This document shows, piece after piece, positions 10,991-23,982 of a stretch of 64,000 nt of DNA. The position numbers were made by a program, and so were the translations under genes. The first letter of the stretch is position 1; each line of letters opens with the position of its first letter. Source of the DNA: Lama guanicoe (Eukaryota); contig MU054391.1 of the NCBI GenBank assembly GCA_013239625.1, positions 1,302,001-1,366,000 of the forward strand, written 5' to 3'. Below the pieces are notes generated by a model. It saw only the letters and a list, made by a program, of their open reading frames with translations. It ran no database searches and was not told the DNA's origin.

Positions 10991-13392
10991 AGACAGGTGT
11001 GGACACAGAGCCTGGTGCTGGGAGGTCCACGGTCGTCCCGGCCCAGCTCCCGTTGTCGGTCGTGACACCTTCCCTTTAGAGACCCATCCCCCGACACTCC
11101 TCGTCCCAGCAGATCAGGGGGTGGGGGCTGCCCGCTCTCAGCTCTGGGGGGGCACAAGCGCCCCGCTGCTGACCGGTCACAGCTCAGCTTTGCTCCCTGC
11201 AGAAGCCCCACACCAGGAGGCCTGGGCCACCGGCCAGGCAAGGTGGCTCCTTCTGGGACCTTCCCTCCAGAGACGTGGGAAAGAGCCACTTTCTACCCCA
11301 GCTGCTAATCAGGGGCCACACCGGCCTGAAGCGGCGCCAGCACCTGGAGGAAGCACGGCCCGCCCCAGCCCGCCGCCCAGCAGGAGGAAGGCAGGCCAGC
11401 GTCCCTGCATCCCGGTGCCCGAGAGGCGGAGAGGACGCATTCCTACGAGTCCCTGCATGCAGCCGTGTTTGAGCCAGGCCTCCTCTGACTCCCCAGTGAA
11501 TTCCCATTTTCCTGAAGCCACTTTAGCTTGTGGTTTTGTAATTTGCAAGGAAGTAGCTTCTAATATCCCAGCAAAGGAGGGCGGGGCAGGCAGTGGAGAC
11601 GACGCAGAGAAACGCGGTCGGGAAGGCCTCTGCGAGGGACAGTTATCCGGGCACACACATAATAATGCACAGCCACGTGGTAAGCTGGGAAAAGCAGATT
11701 CCAGGAAGGAGTGGCAGAGGCAGACGCCCGGAACTGGAGAAGGCGTGGGCTGTTTGGGGCTCAGAACAGAGTCCCCAGTGGCCAAGCACAGGAGCCGGGA
11801 GCAGCCGGGAGCCCACACTTCCTCCAGGGGTGGTGGCAGTCCCCGGGGGGTTGGGGCAGGGAAGAGACAGGGTCTCATTTACGTTATTAAAGCACTGCTC
11901 CAAAGAACAGAAACAGACAAAATGGCTTCAAAGACTAGACAGAGCTGAGGAGGGCTGACCCTGACTTGGGTTAGGGGAAGGCAGAGAGGTGGGCAGGCTT
12001 GAGTGAACCGAAGCATCCTTGGCAGGCAGAGCCAATGGGACCTGCGGGTGGCTGTGATGAGCGGGGGCTGGAAGGGGACAGTCCCGAGGTGACCCCAAGT
12101 CTCTGGCTGGCAGATGTGGTGGCTGGTGGTGCCACCTCCTGGGAACGGGTGTGATGGAGAGAAAGCGCGTGGAGGTCCAGGGTGGCCGCATGATTGGGAT
12201 TCTGATTCTCAGTCCGCGCTGCGGCATCCACGTGACGCAGGCCACAAGCTGGGTAACTCATCCATCACTCCAAATCTTGGTTCTCCAAGAACAGAAACAG
12301 GGCCCGGCTGTGAGGATAAGGTGGCGGCAGCAAGTGTAAAAGTGACGGCCTGTGCCCGGCAGCAGCGGGTCTCAGGTGAGAGGCGGCTGACGTAGGCGGG
12401 GGCTGCACTGGGCTCGGGGGCATCCCTGTCCGAACCACAGACGCCCAGCGCGGTGCTGGGGGCCGAGAGACGCTGACCCAGGGTGTCGACACACCTGGGG
12501 CACTGGGCTGCGCGGCCTGCCGGGTCCCACCTGTGGCAGGAACTGCGCTGCCTCCAGGGAGAGGACCCGTGCTGAGAAGGGGGTTCAAGCAGACAGTCAG
12601 GTGATGTCGTGTGAGCGTATCTCCAGGAACCGTCTCACAGGCCGAAACAGGAGTTCTTGGATCGGGGAGAATCCAGAAGGGAAAACAGAAACACTGCTCC
12701 CCGACATCTCTGTGAGCAGACACCCCCCTCCTGCACTTCCCCGCCAGCACCCTGGGTTCTCACAGCCCCGGGCTGGGGAGCATCCCCAGGGCACCCGCCA
12801 GGTGGGCCCAGTGGACACAGGCGCCAGCAGGGGTGGCAGCGCCCCGCCTCTCAGGCAGATTCCAGATAAGGAGCGGCCCCCAGCCCAGGCCGGGAGGGTC
12901 CGGGAGGGGGAGGGGCAAGAGGGGAGGGAGGAAGCAGCTGCCAACCGGGCCCCTAGAAGACCTGTCACTTCAGGTGAGACCCCTCTGGGAACCCAGAAGG
13001 AAAGGCAAGGCCGGGAAGTCGTGCGGGGAGCAGAGTTCCCACAGGGGTCCGGGGGCTGGGCCGGGACTGCCTCCCCCCAGCACCCCCCAGGAGGTGCCCT
13101 CGCACACCCGTCCCAGGACCCCCTCCTTCTGCAGGAGCCCGTTTTACAGGCGGTTGTCCCTGGATGTGTGCTGGCGCCCTCCTGGTGCTTTTGTGAGGTG
13201 CCCTTGTTCTCACTCGAGAACGTCACATCAAGTCCCCAAAAACAGCACAATGAGCGGGGTTCACTGCTTCTGCAGCCTTTCCTGCGCAGATTTCTGACAC
13301 TTTCAGGGATTTTTTCTAAGTTCCTTTGTAATGAAGAGTATTTTTAACCAAGTGTAAATGCTGGTCATTTTATTGGCTCCGGTAGAGTTTTG

Positions 13393-13468
13393 TGTTTTTT
13401 TTAATTGAGTTACAGTCATTTTACAATGTTGTGTCAAATTCCAGCGTGGAGCACAATTTTTCAGTTAT
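13393..13468 (-). mobile_element. Very short young LINE-1 3' terminus
   Basis: ttttttttaattgagttacagtcattttacaatgttgtgtcaaattccagcgtggagcac is the reverse complement of the L1 end seen at about 59785-59840. Confidence 0.75.
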
Positions 13469-13714
13469 TCGGACACAGAATATTTCAACAAGTCGCCACT
13501 ATGTGCCCATAGCAGTGCCCCAGCTGAGTGCCGGGCCGGCTCAGAGCCCGCCTGGGCTGGACACGCTTCCCCCTTAAGCGGGCCCGCGGCTGCCTCACTC
13601 CCGCACAGCTCTCCCTGAAGTGCCGGCGCCGAGTTTGTGCTCTGAAGGACCAGCTCCCTCCCAAGACCCCTAAAGGGGCCCTGATGGAGGAAGAAGCAGC
13701 TTGATGAAGGTTTG

Positions 13715-13835
13715 TTTTATAAAAGCTGTACTTGCTCGTGGCAGAAAATTTAAGGAACATAGGGAAAAAAACATGAAGAATTAAACAAATTACCCAATAG
13801 CCTGAAACCCCGAAATAACAATAAGCTTTCTGAGC
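13715..13835 (-). mobile_element. Old L1ME-like 3' UTR fragment
   Basis: gaaaatttaaggaacatagggaaaaaaacatgaagaattaaacaaattacccaatagcc resembles recalled L1ME 3' ends. Confidence 0.5.
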
Positions 13836-15419
13836 CTCCGCTTCCCTAACAAAAAGGAGAACAAAGGTGTTGTGATCAATCGCGGTAAGTGGGGTGCTGT
13901 CCGAGACTGTGGCCCCACTCACAGCGGCACCCTTTCCTGAGGTTCATCTTCACCCCCAGAGCTGAATCTCAGACTCACTTCTGAGCCAGTGACACGTGGC
14001 CCCGGCCCTGCCGGGTGCACAGGGAGGCGTGGCCGGACCTGGTGACGGCAGGAGCCGTGGGGCAGCCCCCCTCCAGCACATCCACAGAGCGCCCGCGGAG
14101 GCCTGTCCTTCGGGAGAGACAGACACGCAGACAGAACAGGGAACGAGAGACGTGAGGCGGGGCAGCTGGGAGGCCGTCTGTCCAGGCCCGTCCTGTCGCT
14201 TTCCCGGGTCTGGCCCTGCCTGCGTTTGCTGCCCCGGGACCCCGTCTGTGCTTAAGTCAGCTCCGGTCGGCTTCTGCTTGGACTCCGCGCAGCCAGGATG
14301 AGGACCAGCCGTGCACTGGGTGGCGCCCCGGGCAGTCACGACGCTCGGCCCCTCCCGAGCACTTCCTGTGCGGTGCTCACCCAGGCCCCTCCCACAGACC
14401 CAGTGGTTCCTTCACAGCTCCTCGCCCCGCAGAGGAGGGGTCCGAGTCCAAGGTCACAAAGCCAGGGGGTGACGGTCTGGGACTCGTCAGGGCGATGACT
14501 GGGCAGCGGGTCCAGAGCCTGTCCTCAGAGCGCTGCCCACAGCAGCAAGTCCAGGGGCAGCAGAAGGTAGAGTCTGCATTCCGGAACAGTCTCTCTCCCC
14601 TCTCCTAGGTGGGCTGCTGATCGCCTGCCTCAACAAAAGCTTTCCGTGAATTCTGATGCGTAACCACTCTGTTCCAGGCCCCACCCCAGACCCAGAAAAT
14701 CAGAGGTGAGATGGTGCTGCCTTGGCCCCGGGGGGTGTGGAGGGGGCCGGCTGGTGAACGCCAGTGGAGGGCTGGGGGTGGGGCTGGCAGGCAGCCAGGG
14801 ACCAGGGCTCAGGAGAGGCAGCTTCCCCACACATGCGCGTGAGCCCACCACCCGCTCCTGCAGGGGGAGCTGAGTGGCCCCTCCCTCTCAGCCATGCACT
14901 GCTCACCCCCGGGGGGGTTCCCTCCGAGTCTGCCCACTGAGTCCCACCCCTGCCCCTCTCATCCCCACCCAGCCCCAGGCTGCCCACCCCCACCTGTCAG
15001 CCCGCCCCAGCCTCGGGGGCCTCTGCAAAGCCCCTCGGGGGCACCCCTCACTCCAATGGGGCTTCTCCTCACGTCAACATTTTCAAGAAACAGCCCTTTG
15101 GTTTGAGTGCTCTTAGGAATATGATTAACATAACTTCCTTCACTTTCTCAAAATTTGATGTTTACAAGGCTATTCTGGCAAGAGCATAAAGCAGGCTGAC
15201 AGGACCTGCGGTTGAACACTGTCCTTGCGTACTTTTAATATCGACACGGCCGCAGGGCAACGTGGCGCTGCGCTGTGCTGGTCCTCAGCCGTCTCAGGGC
15301 GTTTCCAAGAGAAGTGCAGACATTTCCGGGGAGGAAAGAGCCCCACTTTGGGGCTGCTACCTGGGCTGGTTCTGTGAACACTTGGGCTATGTGCCATCTG
15401 TCCAGGACTGAGGAGGGTA

Positions 15420-15710
15420 TTTGCTCTTCAAATGTCAGGTCATGCTTCACCTCCTCCAGGAAGCCCCCCTTGCTTTCTCTCTCTCTCTCTGCCTTCTCTC
15501 AACAGAGTTGACCCATTCTTTCACTGAGCTACCATTCATTATGCCTCTCCAATATTTGTTTTATTTTGCATATAATACTATCCCAAATGACTCTGTGTCT
15601 CTGCTTCTCATACTAAATTACAATGTCCTTGAGGCCAGAATCGAATCTTACTCATCCTTGCAACCCCCGCTGCTAGAAGGGCACCTGGCACCGAGTAAAT
15701 TCACTGACCA
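15420..15710 (+). mobile_element. L2 LINE 3' region
   Basis: cacctcctccaggaagccccc...tccttgaggccagaatc...cctggcaccgagtaaa is colinear with the L2 3' end. Confidence 0.7.
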
Positions 15711-15939
15711 TCCGTCCCTAAACTGGCCCTCACACCTGCTGGCACCCACACTCCTATGGAGCCCCTCGCCTTGCCTGTGGCCTGGACCTAGGGGTGCTTC
15801 TCCAATCAAGAGAGCAGAGCAAGCAGTGACTGGATGCCACTTCTGAGATTCGGTGACAAAAGACGATGACGGTCTTCCTTGTTCACTCGCTGTGGTCCTC
15901 AGAGCCTGGCCCGGGGCAGGTGGCCAGCCGCTGTCTTGG

Positions 15940-16175
15940 GAGACCATGGGGAGGCTCAGACAGCAGTGGACCCCAGGCAGCAGCCAGCAGGGCCCGGAGC
16001 CCTGCCCCGAGCCACATAAGGGAGCCTGGACCGGGGCCACCCCCAAGCTGTGCCCAAGATGACCACAGAGACCCTGAGAGAGGCCCCCTGAAACAAAGAA
16101 ACGGGCGGACATGGCCCGCTTTTTCTTCTAAGCCACCAAGTTCTGGACTAACTTATTACACACCAATAGTGACTA
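15940..16175 (+). mobile_element. MLT1-family (MaLR) LTR 3' part
   Basis: Ends with ctaagccaccaagttctggactaacttattacacaccaatagtgacta, matching the MLT1 terminus. Confidence 0.6.
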
Positions 16176-17355
16176 TTACAGTGCCCAGCTGTGAATTTAA
16201 ACTGAATTAAATCGAACACAATCCCTTCCCCACGTGAGGACATGAAGGCACTACAGACAGAGGGTAGGAGGGTTGGATGCAAATCGACTCAATTTCCAAG
16301 GCGCTGGAGACGCTGGCCACGAACACATTCCTGGAACCCAAATGAAGCTGTTTTTGGACAAATAAAATCAAATTCTCATGACACACAGACACCACCTGTG
16401 ACGTAGGCATTGCTGGATTCAAACCCACATCCTGCCGTGTATGGACCCGGTGACTCAGAAGCGCGTCGGCCTCGGTTGCCCTCAGAAGCACCTGCAAAGC
16501 CCCAAGCTGCCGCTTGTAGTAAGAATCACTCCAGCCAACAGTGAAGAAATATTCAAGAATGAACGCCGATTTCCAGGCCTTCTGTTCGGAGCTGGGCACA
16601 GAAACACACACACACAGCTTCCCCGGTGCTCAGGTCTCACATGAACCCAGGACAAAGGCCCTGCAGGGTCTCCAAGACCCAGCGACAGTCAGCGCATCCT
16701 GGCCCTCTTTGTGTTCCCTCCTTGGCCCATAGGAGGCTGTACGTAACAAAAATTTTTTAAATAAAATAGACTTGTGTTTGCCTCGTGAGGGTGGGAGACC
16801 TGGACCACACTGCTAACCACCGCGCCCTTTGAGGGGGCGCCGGTGAGGCCCCATGGTCTCGGAGCTGAGAGGAGGCCGGGTACCACGCATCTGAAGAGCA
16901 GCAGAGTCCGGGAGGGATCTGTTCTTATGACTCCCAGGAGGGAGGGGTGCTAGAGCCACCTACTCAAGCCTCCCCTCTGAGACCTGGCTGCCCGTGGCCA
17001 CAGCCACAAGGAGCAGCCCCGCCATCCACGGCGCCTCTTCCTGCGGCTCTGGCCCTGAAAGGCCCTTCCCCCCAGGCCTCCCCGCCCTGGGGCTGCCGGC
17101 TCTCCTGCCTCTACCAGGGCACACGGTGCCTGTGACCCCCGCACACGTCCCGTCTCCAGGCGAAACGCCCTTCTTTCAAGGATTCTGACTGTTAAAGCTC
17201 CGAGGCAGAACCGCGCCCTCCCAGAGGAGCAGCCGAGTCTGTGTCAGTGAGACTGCGCGCCGCCCGGGTCTGGTGGGCCCCGGGGGGCCGGGCCTTCTCG
17301 GGGGGCGGGGTCCCCTCCACAGGGCCTCCGTGTCTTCCTTCACATTTGATTTCAG

Positions 17356-17435
17356 TTGTGTATCGATCTCACACCCAGAAGACTTCGGATGACTTCATCT
17401 ACAATAATGACCAGTATGACAAACTAAGAGAATGA
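17356..17435 (+). CDS. Candidate terminal coding exon, or exon with premature stop (xVYRSHTQKTSDDFIYNNDQYDKLRE*)
   Basis: Acceptor tcttccttcacatttgatttcag; a sharp AT-rich island in very GC-rich flanks. TGA at 17433-17435, then donors CAA|gtaaga (17454) and CAG|gtgagc (17471). Confidence 0.4.
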
Positions 17436-19189
17436 CCCTCCCTTCCACATCCAAGTAAGAGCCTCGGCCAGGTGAGCGGGCTCCGCGGGCGCAGACGCCC
17501 TTCCCGTCCTGCAGAAGCGATCACCCACCGAGCAGAACTGCCCGGGGCTGCCGGAGTGCCTCTCGGCCCCTCCTGAGGCGGCACCAGGCTCCGAGGCGGG
17601 GGCCTGCAGGACAGCCCCGGGCGGGGCGGGGAGGGCCGGGCCCGGGCCGGCTGTGCGCCTCCCTCTACGGGCTGCCGCCTGGTTGGAAACAGAGAGCACA
17701 GCCTCGGGCTTCCTCTAAGACACAGCTGAAGGCCAGCGGCACCGGAGCAGGGACCTGGGAGGGAGCACTCCTCCCGGGGGTCCCAGGGAAGCCCCCGCCC
17801 CTCAGATCCCACCGTGAGGCCACTGGGGAGCGCCGGGGAAGCAGCCCCGCCACGCGGGCTGGTCCCGGGGGGCCTCCCCCCCACAGGGCGGGCGCCCAGG
17901 CCGACACCGGTTTCCAAGGCAGATTCTTTGGGTGTGAAGCTCACCCTCCGTCGCCTCCCTTCGCCCAGCACACGAGTTTATCTCCAGACAGTGACAGCGG
18001 CGCTGCGTATCTTCCCAGCACCTCAGCCTCAGCTGTCTGTCGGTGGTGGCCAGTGAGCGGGAGGCCGGGACTTCACAGCGCGTGAGAAGAGCCGCCCCTG
18101 CCAGATGCCCTCACCCCTCCCCGGGCCCCACACGGTGCACAGAGCGCTGGGACCAGTGGTGTCACCTGGACGGGGAGTTCACAGGCTGCCCTGGAGCGAG
18201 CCCCCTGGCCGTGTGCGTGGAGCAGGCAACTCCAGAACTTGGTCTGAACTGAGGGGGATGTGGGGCCGAGGACTCTGGGGACCTGAGACCCAGGCCTGCT
18301 CTGGCCTTGTGAGCGGGGCCTTCGCCCTGCCTGTGAGCCTCTGTCCCCGCTCCCAAAACAAGGTCCGCAGGGCTCCAGGCGACAAGAAAGGCCACATGCA
18401 TCGATCTCCTCTCTTTCTCAGAACCCCACTGCCACCACAAGGACATTTAAAAAGCAGAAAGTATAACACAAAGAAAAGGCAGGAAGAGAGACAACCAGCC
18501 AGCGAGAGATTTCAAGGAATTTCTGGAAGACGCAGCCTAGTACAGGCTGATGGAAGGGAGCAGGAGGGAGGCTAAGCACTCGGGCCAGAGAGATGCAGAG
18601 GGGACCCGGCCCACCCTGAGGAGGTGCCCCCTCTGTCCCGAGGAGGGGGCCCAGCCACAGAGGCAGCAGCTGGAGCTGGTGGAGGGGCGGGCCAGGGGGA
18701 TTCTTGCAGAAGCCACTCCTGCTGTCTTCTGGGGGCACACTCAGGTGGCAGTCTTGTGGGGGGACCATGCCTGGGGACCAAAGGCAGGCCCTCGTTACCA
18801 CCAGACCTGGTGGTGATTCCCAGCCTGTCAGGGAGCCCGGGTCCCCACCTCTGGTCTCCGTGTGGTCTCCGGAGCGCGTCTGCTGCAGCTCTGTCTACAC
18901 CTGCAGCCCTGGGGCAGCCAATCCAGGACATCTGGGAGGAACAGTCAGGCACTGGGGGACCGAGGTTTGCAGGGCCTGGGCCACCAGGACGGGTGGAGAA
19001 GGTGGCCGGTCGGGGCCCCCACCAGGAGCCCTTGGCAAACAGGCCTAATGCCAAGTCCCCCAGTTTAGCTGCTACCAGGAATCAAGGTGAGTTTCGCCTC
19101 CACAATTATTTGTTTATCTATTTTTTCATTGTGTTTAGAATCAGATGGAGAAGAAAAGTACTATTTGTCGGACACGCCCTCAAAAGCAC

Positions 19190-19560
19190 CAATAGAAATG
19201 AAAGCACCACAGTATCACAAGGACATACCCGACCACAGACGCGCGCGGAGTGAGTCAGTGATGTGCGAAGTTCTCGCTGTAGTTGTTTTGACCAAGAATT
19301 GGAAATAAACCGAATGTCCCTCAATCAAAGAGAACAGGGGGAAACGCAGTTCATCTGCACCATCAGCCATCACGCAGTCATTAAAGTAATCAGCTGCACG
19401 GGACAATTTAGGGTGCTGTCCACAAGGTATTTCTGAGTGATTTTTGAGTGACTTTTAGTGGTACGATTTTCATAAATAAACCATGAAAATACGTTGCATG
19501 ACCATCGTACAGGAGGAAATACGAACAGACGAATCAGGTTATCTAAACGCGGCTCCCAGC
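19190..19560 (+). mobile_element. Old L1ME-like ORF2 end and 3' UTR fragment
   Basis: tagaaatgaaagcacc...aagaattggaaataaaccgaatgtccctcaat...cacgcagtcattaaa is colinear with L1ME. Confidence 0.55.
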
Positions 19561-19889
19561 TGGGGCACCAGGGACGCGGATTTCCTCCTTTTTTTGTGAC
19601 AAGTGGAGAGTCAAATGTTATCATTTAGAATAGACAAATCAAGTGACAGACAAAAGTCTATTTAAAGATATAAAAGTAAACAGAAAAACAAGCAAACAAA
19701 AACGTGACAATGATAAGAAGCAGAAAAAAGAAGAGAAGTATTTTGAAGATCCCCTGTCATCACTGTGTTGGTCCCAGTAGGAACCAACAGACTCCCAGAG
19801 CAGAGGTGAGGGCCTTCTGCTAAGGTACACGGAAGAGTAGCTGCGAGGACAGAGACACAGACCGTGGAAACGTCAGAATGAAATCAGCA

Positions 19890-20210
19890 GTAAAATGACA
19901 GGCAGCCCAATTTCAAAGCGAGCAAAGAATTTGAACAAACGTTTTTCCAGAGAAGACATATGAACCGCAAGCAAGCAGAGCAAAGCTGCTCAAAATTCTA
20001 GTCATTAGGGAAAGACAAATCAAACCACCACGCAACGCCATGTCCCTCCACTAGGGTGGCCAAAATCAAAGAGACAGACAAGACCAAGTGTTGGCGAAGA
20101 TGTGAAGACACGGGAACCCTCACACTCTGCTGGTGAAAATGAAAAATTGTGCAGCGGCTTTGAAAAAAAAAGTCCAGTGGTTCTTCTAATGATTACACCA
20201 GAGTTACCAG
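19890..20210 (+). mobile_element. LINE-1 (L1M) ORF2 3' fragment
   Basis: gcaaagaatttgaacaaacgtttttccagagaagacata...tagtcattagggaaagacaaatcaaaccac...caagtgttggcgaagatgtg...gaaccctcacactctgctggtg are L1 ORF2 hallmarks. Confidence 0.85.
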
Positions 20211-22629
20211 AGAGAAGGTAGCGGGACCGTGGGATGAGGATGACAGGACGGATGCTCCACCCCGGGGACCTGCATCCAGCCCCACCCGGCACTGCTGCTC
20301 CCGCACCTCCCTGGCCTGCCCACACGCTGGCTTCCAGGAGATGCTCTAAGGAACTGGCCTCAGGAACACCAGGGAGAGGAGGGCAGGAGCGAGCCTCAGG
20401 GCTGGGAGGGGCAGCGCCCTGAACAGCCCCCCACTCTGTTAACCCTGCTGGGCGCCATCCACAGCCAGCCCCCAAAGAAATCACACATTCTCTGAAAGAC
20501 CCTAGATCCTGGCATTCGGGGTGGGCCCCGGACGGCTGAGTCACTAGCTGACCCACCTCACAAACTCAGCCAGTGGACGTGCTGCATGGACACACGGAGC
20601 CTGTGTAGGGCGGAGCGCCCACGGCACGCTGCGCTGAGTGACAGCCACACGGGCCCCGACAGACGCTGGGCCCTGTGCGCATCACCGTGGACCGGGTGGC
20701 CAGCGAGGGGCCTGGGGAGTCAGCCCTCCTCTGCCATGGGGTGAGTCCATGCCTCACTCCATCGTGTCTAATGACTAGGGCCCTGTTACTAGGAACATAA
20801 AGGCCAAAAAAAAAAATGCCCGGAAGAGGCGGGAAACGGTGGCACGTGGGAACTGGTGTTTTTGTAAGAAGCTGACTGACACTGCTGGGGCTCCCTGAGG
20901 AACCCGCCCTCCCACCAGAGCTCTGAGCCGACAGGGAGCTGGACAGATGCTGGACAGACACTGGACAGACTACGGACAGACATCCAGACCTCAGTCCTCA
21001 TGGCCAGGCAGCTCTGACGGCTCTGCTGGTGGTGGGGCTGCGTCGTGGGGAAGCTGGACTTGGAGCTCAGTGAGCTTGGTCCTTGTCGATGCCACATCAT
21101 GAGCTGAGCCCCCTCGTAGGGGCTGCTGAGCCATCAGAGACCCACAAGGACTCCCCAGCCCTGCCACCTCCACCCTCACCCAGCTGGCGGGCCCGCACAT
21201 GCTTGGGAACAGACAGACATTCACGGCACCAAAACCTGAGAGTGATGATCAATTAATGTGAAAATCTTGGAGGAATCTTTGCTAATTAAAAAGCAGATGG
21301 AGTTCGAAGAAAAACCTACTCAGGCTCCAGGCTTCCGATTATTGCGAACGCGGGTCCACCTTCGTGGAGCAGAGACAGCCCGAGCTGTGAAGGAGAAGGA
21401 CGCGTCTTCAGAGTCAGGGCTGCGAGTGCTTCCCGCCGGGCCGGCCAGCCAGCAGCCCCTCCTGCGCCTGGACGGGACCCCGGACCCCACAGGGGAGCAG
21501 CAGCGCCCAGGACGGCCCCGTCAGCAGGGCCGGTGAGGCAAGGGCGATGCCAGGGCAGCCCTCCCCAGGGGCGGCTCCCCCAGGACCCAGAATCCAGCTG
21601 CAGGTTAAACAGAGCTTTCTAAAAAGAAAGCTGCCACCAGTGAAGGCACCACCTCACAGTCAATCCACCACCAGCCCTTGGAGACATTCAAGCAGAAGTG
21701 GGGCTCCCCCAGATGAGTCCTGAGCCGGCTGGGGGGTGGGGGAGGTGGGGCGCCCTGTCTTTCCTGCAGCGGGACCTGGGGGTCCCTGTGTCTCCAGATC
21801 ACGGGATTTCTCCTCTGGACATGATATCTCACATCTGGGCTTTCCTTTCCCTAGGTAAACGTCTCTTTTCTCCTTAGAAGCCACATCCTGTGTGGGGACA
21901 TGCAGCTGACCTCCAGTGACAACCTGCTGTGTTACCATGAGTGCAGGGCTGCGGGGGACACCCAGGAGAGCACCCAGACCTTGGGATCAGCTGCAGCACC
22001 CAGGCCCCAGGGGAGAGCGGTGCACAGCCGTCCCCCGTCCCAACACCCTGGCAGGGAGGTTCACAGGTAACACACGAGGCGTCTCCAAATACCACAGGTG
22101 CCCTCACGGGAGAGAGCGAGAACCATCAGAGCCCCAGCGAGGAGAGCCAGGGATCCGGGTGGGAAGTGCAGGAACGGTTATTTGGGAAACAACAAAGGAA
22201 ACATCGCTCTTGTGGAAGCTGCTGGGTCTCGGGCAGGCGGCGAGGGAAAGAGCTCCCTCCCGGCTGGGTCCATCCACCAGGAGTGACCGGTCAGGAGGGA
22301 CCTGGACCTGAAAGCTGCCCCCAGCGCCCAGGCTGCGGGACCTGCATCTCCCATGACTTCCCTCTGTCCGCCCGCCTTTCGGCAGCGACTCGCCGCACTG
22401 CGTCCTTAGGGCCTCTCAGCAGGCCACGTGTGCAGGCTCACAGCTCCCCGGTGCAAGGGGCCCTGGCAGACCCCGAAGTGAGCTCAGGGTGAGCAGGTGT
22501 CCTCAGCAGTCCTGGGCTTCCTGAAATCGTGTGCAGCCAGTGCTCCTTTCTCAGCGTCAGACCGATGCCCGGCTCTGCCCCTTCAGGGCCCTGGAAGGAC
22601 CTGTGGGGTCCCCGGAGGGCCAGGCCGCC

Positions 22630-22720
22630 CAGCGGTCAGAAGCCGTCTACTTCAGTGCCTGGTCTCCTCTTTCACTAGCTGTGTGCCTGTGTCTCAGTTT
22701 CCTCTCCTGTGACACAGGTC
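22630..22720 (+). mobile_element. MIR fragment
   Basis: cactagctgtgtgcctgtgtctcagtttcctctcctgtga matches the MIR core. Confidence 0.6.
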
Positions 22721-23545
22721 AGCCCGCTGACCCGGGGGAGCAGAGCACAGGAGCCTCCCTGTGAAGCCACGGTGGGCACGTGTCGAGCACTGAGCTGGAA
22801 CCAGGGCTGCCGCTCCTGGGTTTTTCCTTCCAGCCGCACCGCCTGCAGACAGCGGCGCCCACGCTTCCCCGTGAGACTGCACATCCTGCCCCCTCCTCGT
22901 TGCCATGGAAAGAAAGATGAGAGCAGAAAGCCAGGCTCAGCACCACAGCTCCGCAGCTCTCCTCCCCCAGGAGGGCTCCCTGTCAGCTCCGGGCAGCGAA
23001 GGCTCATTAGCACAGGGAGCCCGCAGGCCGTCCTCCCCCGCAGCTTCTCAGAGCTCAGCCTGGCCCCAAATCCAGCCCCCGCCCTCCCCGGAGCACAGCC
23101 CTGGTACCGAGCTGGAGGTCACCCAGACACCCCCGGGGGGCTCACGGCCATCCTGCTTCCCATTTCTCTGTGCAAGTCTCTCCCAGAAAAGACCCCAGCC
23201 GAGTCTGAATTTGGCCTGAGATACGGCTAAAGCAGCCAGGTCACCTCTAAGGAGAGACCTGAGGGGCTGGGGCTCAGATCTGTCCAGACATGTGTGTCCA
23301 GCTCTCTACCAAACCCCTCAGCGTGCATGCTTTCCTGAAACCCAGACAGCAAGCCGCAAGCAAGGGACAGGGCCGTCCCCCTGTAAGGATGAGCGAACGG
23401 GGGCTCCGGTAGCCAGGGAGCAGTCCCGTTCCCCCAGCTACGATTCCAAGGCCACCAGCCGCCCAGGAGCACAACTCCAGCCGGAGCTCTGACCCCGAAC
23501 TCAAGCTTTCTGTCTGAACGCACTGTCTCCCCAGGCCTCTGTTTT

Positions 23546-23982
23546 TGGAGTGAGCTGAGCAATGGCTCCCAAAGGGAGCAGGTCCTAATCCCGGAAGCTG
23601 TGGATGTGACCACGTAAGGAGAAGGGGTCTTTTTGGATGGAATGAAGGACCCTGAAGTGGAGAGATTACCCTGGATTCTCAGGGTGGGCTGAAATCCGGT
23701 CAGAAAAGTGCTTGGACAGGGAAGCAGAAGATTGGACGCAGAGAAGAAGGCGATGTGAAGATGGAGGCAGAGGTGGGAGATGCAGCCACCAGCCAAGGAC
23801 CCCTGGGCCCTGGACGCTGGAAGAGGCAGGAAGGACCTTCCCCCAGAGCCTCCCGGGAAGCGTGCTCTGCCGACACCTTGTCTGTGGGCTCCGGCCTCCA
23901 GAGCCCTAGGAGAAGACGCTCTGTTGTCGGAAGCCTCCCGCTTTGGGACCACTTGTTTCAGCAGCCACAGGGCAACGGTGCC
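23546..23982 (+). mobile_element. MLT1C-like (MaLR) solo LTR, near full length
   Basis: gtcctaatcccggaagctgtggatgtgacc...gatgtgaagatggaggcagag...gctggaagaggcaggaagga...ctgccgacaccttg...ggcctccagag is colinear with MLT1B/C. Confidence 0.9.

Larger units (their letters stand above)
1030..17471 (+). pseudogene. Candidate unannotated multi-exon gene or decaying pseudogene; product not recognised
   Basis: A series of AT-richer islands flanked by AG acceptors and GT donors. The first eight join in phase into 840 nt (280 codons) without a stop. Several downstream islands (from 9826, 10331 and 17356) contain stops or need frameshifts. No homology search was possible. Confidence 0.35.
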
